The notes below the pieces were generated by a model. That model was not told the origin of the DNA. It did no database searches and saw only the letters and a program-made list of their open reading frames with translations. The position numbers and the translations under genes are program-made. Positions 8,219 through 15,713 of a stretch of 28,407 bases of DNA are shown piece by piece. The number at the start of each line of letters is the position of its first letter. The first letter of the stretch is position 1. Source of the DNA: Candidatus Kapaibacterium sp. (lineage in GTDB: Bacteria; Bacteroidota; Ignavibacteria; Kapaibacteriales; JAEUSM01); contig JBDNFX010000036.1 of assembly GCA_041689575.1 (NCBI GenBank), positions 1 through 28,407 on the forward strand, written 5' to 3'.

Positions 8219-9643
8219 ATGAAAATTATAGATTTACATATTCCGTTGTTACGTGAAATCGGCAAATTTGCCGATCAGTTTGGTTGTTCAATTTGGGTAG
8301 TTGGTGGTTTTGTTCGCGATTATTTCCTTGGTAAAGAAGTTTACGATATTGATTTTACTGTTGAAGGTGATGCAACTGTTTTTGCAGAATTTTTTGCAAA
8401 ATCCATTGGCGCCGAAGCAAATACTTATCCTCGTTTTCGAACTGCTATGGTTCATTACAAAGGCTATCTTTTGGAATTTGTTGGTACTCGCAAAGAACGA
8501 TACGATGAAAAAAGTAGAAATCCTATTGTAACGGAAGGTACGTTTGAAGATGATATTTTTCGACGTGATTTCACTCTAAATGCTATGGCGGTTTCTTTAA
8601 ACGAGGGTACTTTTGGTACTTTTATCGATTTAACAAACGGTAAAATAGATCTCGAAAATAAGATTCTTCGCACACCTTGTGATCCTAATATTACTTTCGA
8701 CGATGACCCTTTGAGAATTCTTCGAGCAATTCGTTTTGCATCGCAATTGCAATGCACTATTGAAACAAATACATTTGAAGCAATTCAAAAGTATACTCAT
8801 CGATTATCAATTATTTCACAAGAAAGAATTACTGCAGAATTTTTAAAACTTTTAGCTAGTCCTAAACCAAGTGTTGGTTTAGGGTTGCTTTATAACACCG
8901 GAATTCTAGAAAAAATATTTCCTGAAGTATACGCCTTAGCAGGAGTAGATTTAGTGCAAATTAATGGAATGAATTATAACCATAAAGATGTATTTTGGCA
9001 TACGTTGGAAGTATTAGACAATGTTGCTTTAGTGAGTAATAACTTATGGCTACGGTATGCAACGTTAATGCACGATATAGCAAAACCTCGAACGAAAAAG
9101 TTTGTTGATGGAGTTGGGTGGTCATTCCACGGTCACGAAGAAATTGGTGCAAGGATGCAAGCCAAGATTTTTCGCCGAATGAAATTCCCTTTAGAACATT
9201 TACCGTATGTAGAAACTTTAGTTCGTTTGCACCAACGCCCAATGGCATTAGTGGACGAAGAAGTAACTGATGCAGCATTTCGCAGATTAGCAGCTCAAGC
9301 AGGTGATTCATTAGAGGATTTATTCTCATTATGTAGAGCAGATATCACATCGAAAAACCAAAGGAAGGTTCAGCAATACATTAAAAATTACGATCTTGTT
9401 GCTGAAAAAATATTGATGGTTCAAGAACGGGATCACTTAAAATCGTTTCAATCACCTGTTCGTGGTGAAGAAATTATGGAAATTTGCAACTTACAGCCTT
9501 GTAAAATGGTTGGTTTAATTAAAAAGTATATTGAAGAAGCAATTTTAGATGGTCTTATTGCTAATGAATACGATGTAGCATTAGAATATCTACATCAAAA
9601 CAAAGAAATATGGTTATTAGAAAATTCCGATATACTATCATAA
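8219..9643 (+). CDS. cca: Class II CCA-adding / tRNA nucleotidyltransferase with HD domain
   Basis: VVGGFVRD, DIDF, RRDFTLNAMA, DDPLRILRAIRF, ISQERI motifs and HD motif LMHDIAKP. CCA-, CC- or A-adding specificity cannot be resolved by eye. Confidence 0.88.
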   Translation: MKIIDLHIPLLREIGKFADQFGCSIWVVGGFVRDYFLGKEVYDIDFTVEGDATVFAEFFAKSIGAEANTYPRFRTAMVHYKGYLLEFVGTRKERYDEKSRNPIVTEGTFEDDIFRRDFTLNAMAVSLNEGTFGTFIDLTNGKIDLENKILRTPCDPNITFDDDPLRILRAIRFASQLQCTIETNTFEAIQKYTHRLSIISQERITAEFLKLLASPKPSVGLGLLYNTGILEKIFPEVYALAGVDLVQINGMNYNHKDVFWHTLEVLDNVALVSNNLWLRYATLMHDIAKPRTKKFVDGVGWSFHGHEEIGARMQAKIFRRMKFPLEHLPYVETLVRLHQRPMALVDEEVTDAAFRRLAAQAGDSLEDLFSLCRADITSKNQRKVQQYIKNYDLVAEKILMVQERDHLKSFQSPVRGEEIMEICNLQPCKMVGLIKKYIEEAILDGLIANEYDVALEYLHQNKEIWLLENSDILS

Positions 9644-10824
9644 TTTTGGTAATTCTCGCTATTGTTACTTCTTGTGAACAAGAGATTGAATTTCCAGATT
9701 TAGCACGTACATCATTAGGTGAACCGAATGGGAAACGCTCTTTCCCTACTATTGGAAGCTTTACGTATGGAGGGTTTGCCGTTGAACAAATTGGGAAATA
9801 TGCCTCAGATTCAACGGAAGGTTTTTTAGGAAATCCTCTACCAATTTCTTCTTCTAAATCTATTATTTCCACAAAAAAGGGGAAAATACTTGGAACAACG
9901 TATGCTACAATTGATTGGGAATATCAATTAAAGAATAATTCATTTGTAGTTGCTCCTGTTGCTACAGATAAAGAAGGAAATATATTTGCTCTAACTTCAG
10001 AATTTAAGATAATTTCATTAAATGACGAAGGTGCATTTCGCTTTGAAGTAACAATTCCTACTCCATTCCGATACGAAAGTTTTCACGAATTACTTTCTAC
10101 AACTAAGGGTATTTTAGTTCAAAGTAGCCACGGCTATATGACACTCATTTCAACAAATGGAAGTAAACTTTGGGAACGAATTGATAAAACTGTTAGAACA
10201 CCTTACCCTTGTAGCATAGAAAATGATTTTATAGCGTGGTTCAAAGTTCCGGTTGATGAATCAAAAGAATCAACAATTGACATTACTTCTTTAATAAATT
10301 CAGAACAAAAAACTATAGCAATTTCAAAAAATTTAGAAATCCTACATTCCCCACTTTGGGAAGGACCTTCGTTAGTTCTTTTAGGTATTGAAAATGCTAA
10401 AAACTTTTGTAAAAGTATTTCAGTAACGAATTCCACAAATTGGGAAAACAACGAAATACCGATGGTTCCTAAAAGTATTTCAATTTCAGATTCAGGTGTG
10501 ATTGTGATAGGGAGTTATCAACCGGGAGCGGCAGAATATAGAACTTGCATTACCGTTTTGTCTGCAAATGGGAAACTGTTATGGAGAAAGTTTTTTGATC
10601 ACCGAATTGCTTCACCTCTATTACTTTCAAAGAATAATTTTGTATTTTTGGGAACTTCGACTTTTACATCAGGATTATACTTTTTAGACTACTATGGAAA
10701 ATTTATAGGAAGTCTTCCAATTTCAGATCGTGTTATTCCCCATTTTAAGTTAGGTGTAAGTCCTTCTGGGTCAATAGTTTTAGGTACACATCAAACATTG
10801 CAACTCCTTCGTACTCGAAATTAA
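9610..10824 (+). CDS. Lipoprotein with a PQQ/BamB-like beta-propeller
   Basis: Hydrophobic N-terminus with lipobox-like VTSC; repeated blade-like motifs (WEYQL, APVATDKEGNIF, GSKLWER, ANGKLLWRK). Overlaps the cca 3' end by 34 nt. Confidence 0.65.
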   Translation: MVIRKFRYTIIILVILAIVTSCEQEIEFPDLARTSLGEPNGKRSFPTIGSFTYGGFAVEQIGKYASDSTEGFLGNPLPISSSKSIISTKKGKILGTTYATIDWEYQLKNNSFVVAPVATDKEGNIFALTSEFKIISLNDEGAFRFEVTIPTPFRYESFHELLSTTKGILVQSSHGYMTLISTNGSKLWERIDKTVRTPYPCSIENDFIAWFKVPVDESKESTIDITSLINSEQKTIAISKNLEILHSPLWEGPSLVLLGIENAKNFCKSISVTNSTNWENNEIPMVPKSISISDSGVIVIGSYQPGAAEYRTCITVLSANGKLLWRKFFDHRIASPLLLSKNNFVFLGTSTFTSGLYFLDYYGKFIGSLPISDRVIPHFKLGVSPSGSIVLGTHQTLQLLRTRN

Positions 10825-10859
10825 TTCATTAATTACTAAATATTCAGATACGGTTAAGT

Positions 10860-11396
10860 ATGATAGAAACTGGAAAAAACGCACATATATTAACATATAA
10901 AGGCACTTCCCCTACAATTCACGAAAGTGTGTTTTTATGTTCTGGAGCAGTGATATTGGGAGATGTAGAAATAGGTGAAGACTCGTCAATTTGGTATAAT
11001 TGTGTTATCCGTGGCGATGTCAATTATATTAGAATAGGAAAAAGAACAAATATTCAAGATTTGTCAATGCTGCACGTAACCCATAAAAAATATCCACTTA
11101 TTATTGGCGATTCTGTAACAATTGGTCACTCTGCTGTGTTACATGGGTGTACTATAAAAGACTTTACACTTATAGGAATGGGTGCTAAAGTTTTAGACCA
11201 AGCAATAGTTGAGTCGCATTCGTTAGTCGCAGCAGGAACTGTCGTTCCTGAACGATATGTCGTACCAAGTGGAACGTTAGTAGCAGGTGTACCTGCAAAA
11301 GTTGTTCGAGAACTTCGACAAGATGAATTAACTCGATTTGACCAATCTGCACAAAATTATGTAGATTATGTTCAAGAGTATAGGAATCAGTTTTAG
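10860..11396 (+). CDS. Gamma carbonic anhydrase family (YrdA/PaaY-like) hexapeptide-repeat protein
   Basis: LGDVEIGEDSSIWYNCVIRGDVNYIRIG, TNIQD, and three metal-ligand His in LHVTH, IGH and LHGC. Confidence 0.9.
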   Translation: MIETGKNAHILTYKGTSPTIHESVFLCSGAVILGDVEIGEDSSIWYNCVIRGDVNYIRIGKRTNIQDLSMLHVTHKKYPLIIGDSVTIGHSAVLHGCTIKDFTLIGMGAKVLDQAIVESHSLVAAGTVVPERYVVPSGTLVAGVPAKVVRELRQDELTRFDQSAQNYVDYVQEYRNQF

Positions 11397-11530
11397 AAAT
11401 GTCAAATTAGTTGTTTTCTAAAACGTTTGTACTTTAAACTGTCATTTCCAATTATTTTTTCGTAATTTGCAAATATACGCTAATACTAAATACATAATTT
11501 ATCTTAACTACTTAAGCCTATAGGTGTGGT

Positions 11531-12103
11531 ATGAGTACACAACATTCACAAAGGCATTCTCACGATGACCCTGCCTTAAAAGAGGACATTCACTTGTTAC
11601 AACAAGGGGATATGGATGCAATGGAAAGAATTTATAAAAAATTCCAGCAATCCGTTTACTCATTTTGCATTAGAATGATGGGAAATCAGTATGAGGCTAA
11701 AGATGCAATTCAAGAAGTTTTTTTACGAGTTATTGAATATAGAGAATCTGCTCCTGTTGAACATTTTCCAGCATGGCTTTTTAAAGTTACAAGAACTGTT
11801 TGCCTAAATTTGTTACGAAAACGACGTGCCCACGAAGAATATAATGATGAAATTTATACTGTTTCAACATTTGGAAAAGAACGTGATTTTTCATTAATCG
11901 AAGTTATCGAACAAGCATTACAACAATTACCTCCTAGTTTACGCGAAATTGTTATACTTCGCGAATATGATGGATATTCCTATCAAGAAATTTCTGCATT
12001 ACTCGATATTGAATTGTCGTTAGTAAAAGTACGAATACACAGAGCTCGACTTTCCTTACGGAAAATATTAGAGCCAATTGCAGGAGAAATTCGGTTTCTA
12101 TGA
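11531..12103 (+). CDS. ECF-type RNA polymerase sigma factor
   Basis: Region 2 (AKDAIQEVFLRV, FPAWLFKVTRTVCLNLLRK) and region 4 (LPPSLREIVILREYDGYSYQEIS, VKVRIHRAR) only; 190 aa. Confidence 0.95.
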   Translation: MSTQHSQRHSHDDPALKEDIHLLQQGDMDAMERIYKKFQQSVYSFCIRMMGNQYEAKDAIQEVFLRVIEYRESAPVEHFPAWLFKVTRTVCLNLLRKRRAHEEYNDEIYTVSTFGKERDFSLIEVIEQALQQLPPSLREIVILREYDGYSYQEISALLDIELSLVKVRIHRARLSLRKILEPIAGEIRFL

Positions 12104-13419
12104 ATTTTGAATACTTAGTTCAACGATATATTGATGGGGAAATAACTCCAACTGAGGACCTTCAACTACAAAATTTGATGAGGGGAAATCTTTATTTGCG
12201 GTCTCAATTTGAACAAATTGTAAGTATTCAGCACGCCTACACTGAACAAAAAAAACCCCTTTTAAATGAAAAAGATTCTGAGTCAATTTTAGATATTCTT
12301 AAAATTGCTATGGTTGCAACAATGGCTAGTACTGCTCATGCACCTATTACAACTACATCGGTCGTTTTTGGAATTACTAATTTTTTTTTACCTTTATTAT
12401 TAACGATCTTCTTTGTACTATCTCCTAACAATGCAACTTCTCCTCTATTAAAACAAGTTTCATTTAAAACAATAAGTGCTTTTGCTTCTAATTCTGGAGA
12501 AAATGTTAAAACTAACGTTGGTTCAAGCAGAACTTCAATCGGAAAAAGCTTTAAAGCTGCAAATGCTCCCTTCGATGAAAGTTTACCTGTTCTAACTAGC
12601 TCATTGTCTGATTTTCAAAGTGATGTTGAAGTAGGTAGTACTTCAGAAAATCATCAAATTCAAAAAGAACAAAATTTAATTTCAACTGAATTAGCTCATC
12701 AGCCCAATGATAATTTAATTTTAACTATAGTTGGGAAATTACCAGAACTGAAGAAAACAAAGTCGTTGTCTTTAGATGCACTTCTACCTCTTATTTCTTT
12801 TAATATTCCTGTAAAAGTGGAACTATCGGTGCTATCAAGTTTCAATGGTATGAATAATCTTGGTTCTATTAGGTCTGCACCAATTCTATCTCAGTTTGTT
12901 GCAGTTAATTATGGAATAAACTCTAAAGATAGATTTGGAATTGAATTTGGTTCAACTTCATTTGTAGGGTTCGCTAATGGTGTAATTACAAAACCACTTA
13001 ATCCTTCCGGTTCAAATTCGAGTGGTGTTCAATCTATAACAACCTACGGAGATTCTGAAACTCCTGAAGTGCCCAATGATGATTCCAAAATCAAACCTGT
13101 TCTAAGACAAAAATATGATTGTGAAGATATTGAATATAGAAAAAATATCCAAATATTTCAAAGCTCCGTATTCTATGAAAGAGAAATAGTTGGTAATTCA
13201 CTATTTTCACTCAATTCTAGAGTTGGTATTGGAGTAACCAATATTGGTGTTACAACATATTCAAAAACCTTGATTGAGCTTAAAGCAAGTGATAATTTTA
13301 CTTTTACTACCGGTGCAGAATATAGATTTTTAACTGGAAATGCCGGTTCTGCTTTACAATCAAATGACTTTGGTTCTTCAATGTTAACTATCCAAACAGG
13401 AATTACTATAAAATTTTAA
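12100..13419 (+). CDS. Putative anti-sigma factor with a TM helix and a C-terminal outer-membrane beta-barrel-like region
   Basis: ATGA overlap with the sigma gene; N-terminal ASD-like LVQRYIDGEIT; hydrophobic segment VVFGITNFFLPLLLTIFFVL; Ser/Thr-rich linker; amphipathic beta-strands ending TIQTGITIKF. Confidence 0.7.
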   Translation: MNFEYLVQRYIDGEITPTEDLQLQNLMRGNLYLRSQFEQIVSIQHAYTEQKKPLLNEKDSESILDILKIAMVATMASTAHAPITTTSVVFGITNFFLPLLLTIFFVLSPNNATSPLLKQVSFKTISAFASNSGENVKTNVGSSRTSIGKSFKAANAPFDESLPVLTSSLSDFQSDVEVGSTSENHQIQKEQNLISTELAHQPNDNLILTIVGKLPELKKTKSLSLDALLPLISFNIPVKVELSVLSSFNGMNNLGSIRSAPILSQFVAVNYGINSKDRFGIEFGSTSFVGFANGVITKPLNPSGSNSSGVQSITTYGDSETPEVPNDDSKIKPVLRQKYDCEDIEYRKNIQIFQSSVFYEREIVGNSLFSLNSRVGIGVTNIGVTTYSKTLIELKASDNFTFTTGAEYRFLTGNAGSALQSNDFGSSMLTIQTGITIKF

Positions 13420-13449
13420 TATATAACATTTACTTTTAAAGGTATATCT

Positions 13450-15585
13450 ATGATTATTACTTCAAAAGAAGCAATTTGTGCTCTTGTTCTCCTTTGTTTC
13501 TGTGTTTTACCCTCATTTTCCCAAGTTCTACAGTTACAACATACTTACTCTAAAATAAATGCTCATGCATATATTGATGGAACTCATATTTTAGCTGGAG
13601 AGTTGTTGTTACCAACTAATTCTAATTTGTTAGGAACAATTGTACCTTCAAAGAAAGGTGAAACTGTAAAAGAAACACCTCCTGGAGTTTCTTTGGGAAT
13701 TTCTTATTACGATTTACAAACGAATGCTTCTACTCAAGAAAGAATAGTGTATACCCCTGATGGTGGTCTAGATTATTTGCAAATGGTGTGGTGTGGAGAA
13801 AAAAACTCAATCGGACCAACTACTGAATATCCAAACCGTAGAACCATCTATGAGTTGTTTGAAATTACTGATCCAACTGCTCCAACGTTTATGATTGGTG
13901 ATGTAGGTAATTCAGAAAACCTTACTTCTGAAGCAAATTTCCGTACTGGATGGCCTGCAATAATGCCTATGAAAGATGGGAATTCAGCTGTAATTTCTCA
14001 TAGAAGAGATAAAGCTTTAAATTTCAACATTTCTTCAGGTTTAGCTGCTGCTTTTCAAGCAAAAGACATTAATGAAGGACCAATGACAAGTGCATTATGG
14101 TCAAGAGGAGATGTTTGTGGTAAGGATTATGCCCATACTATTCAAACATATACTGGTAGTTTTGGTGGTGGAGCAAAAGACAGAAATTTATCTTACACTC
14201 GTTCAACGAACAAAGGTTCTGATTGGGTTGTTTTTGACGATCAGAATACTGCTTTTGGTGAATTGTTATTGACGCAAGCTACTGCAGGTGCAGATTGTTA
14301 TGCAATTGATGCTCGTGACGATGTAGTTATAGTTCTTTTTATTAATGGAATCACTGATTTAGTTTATTTGAAATCGTATGATAATGGTAGAACTTTTAAT
14401 GAATCTGGGTTGCTGTTTTCTGGAACGAATAGTCGTTTACACGAAAAAGGAGCTATAGAGTTTACTGATGGTAATGTTTGGGTGATTTCTGATACCTTTC
14501 TTACACCAGGTTACCACATGGATGTACAATTAGATGCAAATGGCAAAGGTCATTTTGTATTCAATCCGAATATTGCTTACTTACGTGGTAGAAGAACGAT
14601 TGATCCATTAACTGGTGACTTTGTAAGAGTATCCGGAATGGGCGATACAATTTTCAACTTATCTCCAGCTACAAATATTGCTAACGTAGAAGATCCAGGA
14701 TTCTATCAAAACGAAGGTTTCTATTATACAATGGAAGGTGATACTGTTGCAAATGGTGATTACCGTAAATACCGTTGCGGACCTCCTGCGGGTGGTAAAT
14801 GGGATGGTGAACATACTGTGTTAAGTGCAGTTGGTTCTAACAATATGAGTCGTTTCCCGAATTTGGCTATAGATGCAGATAACACATTGTATATGGTTTA
14901 CACTTCAGTTAAAAATGGTGACACTAAACCTGTTACCTTAATTCGATCAAATTTAACAAATCCATTAGAAGATACAGTTGTAACTGCATTGTATGGTCAT
15001 TTGTATATGACTCACAAAAAATCTGGAGACTTTGCTTGGTCTCAACCAGTTAGTTTAACACCTGACGGGAATGATTGTTTGTTTTCAACTCTCTGCGACG
15101 ATGTTGTTCAAAACACACTATTTTATGGTTATAGCGCTGATGCCACTCCCGGAAGCTACGTAACAAATTCAGGGAATGAAAATACTATTAAAATCGCTCC
15201 TGAAGAAACTACAATTTATATGGCTGGGTTGAATATTTCTGGTCTGAACGAATCTACTCCGGGATTAGGTCGTCCGGTTTCAGTACAAGAACTTCCTAAA
15301 AACAATACAGATTTGGCAAAAGGGAACTTTGCAAATGTCCTACTTTCACCAAATCCAGTTTCTAACGGTGCTAACCTTACCTTCTCTGTTCCTGCAATGG
15401 GAGTAGTAACAATTGAAATCTTTTCAATAAATGGTGATAAGGTTGCAAATGTTATGAATCGATTTGTTACTGAAGGCGATCATTCAGTTCAATTTGCTAC
15501 ATCTGAGTTAACAGCTGGAGCATATAGAATTTCTATCAAACAAAACAATACTGTTTCTACTGTTGGAATGACTATTGTTCGGTAA
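13450..15585 (+). CDS. Secreted protein with Asp-box-like motifs and a T9SS type-A C-terminal sorting domain
   Basis: Signal peptide; YTRSTNKGSDW and LKSYDNGRTF motifs; C-terminus LSPNPVS...IEIFSINGDKV...LTAGAYRISI...MTIVR. Confidence 0.8.
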   Translation: MIITSKEAICALVLLCFCVLPSFSQVLQLQHTYSKINAHAYIDGTHILAGELLLPTNSNLLGTIVPSKKGETVKETPPGVSLGISYYDLQTNASTQERIVYTPDGGLDYLQMVWCGEKNSIGPTTEYPNRRTIYELFEITDPTAPTFMIGDVGNSENLTSEANFRTGWPAIMPMKDGNSAVISHRRDKALNFNISSGLAAAFQAKDINEGPMTSALWSRGDVCGKDYAHTIQTYTGSFGGGAKDRNLSYTRSTNKGSDWVVFDDQNTAFGELLLTQATAGADCYAIDARDDVVIVLFINGITDLVYLKSYDNGRTFNESGLLFSGTNSRLHEKGAIEFTDGNVWVISDTFLTPGYHMDVQLDANGKGHFVFNPNIAYLRGRRTIDPLTGDFVRVSGMGDTIFNLSPATNIANVEDPGFYQNEGFYYTMEGDTVANGDYRKYRCGPPAGGKWDGEHTVLSAVGSNNMSRFPNLAIDADNTLYMVYTSVKNGDTKPVTLIRSNLTNPLEDTVVTALYGHLYMTHKKSGDFAWSQPVSLTPDGNDCLFSTLCDDVVQNTLFYGYSADATPGSYVTNSGNENTIKIAPEETTIYMAGLNISGLNESTPGLGRPVSVQELPKNNTDLAKGNFANVLLSPNPVSNGANLTFSVPAMGVVTIEIFSINGDKVANVMNRFVTEGDHSVQFATSELTAGAYRISIKQNNTVSTVGMTIVR

Positions 15586-15602
15586 TACTTGCTATTTGAT
15601 TT

Positions 15603-15639
15603 AAAAGCGACATATTTTTAAGAATGTGTTGCTTTTTTT
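15603..15639 (+). terminator. Intrinsic terminator after the T9SS cargo gene
   Basis: 14-bp stem aaaagcgacatatt/aatgtgttgctttt (two G-U pairs on the + transcript) running into a T-tract. Confidence 0.75.
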
Positions 15640-15713
15640 GTGGTCAAAATCACACAATTTTACTACTTAGTCGTCAATGATGATTCTTACTTTTTATTCA
15701 ATTTTAACATAGT

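Noticed and set aside
11390-11424. 35-nt element GTTTTAGAAA...TTTCTAAAAC that resembles a type II CRISPR repeat at its ends
   Set aside because: Single copy with no spacers or cas genes. It overlaps the gamma-CA stop codon and is explained as an AT-rich 3' hairpin.
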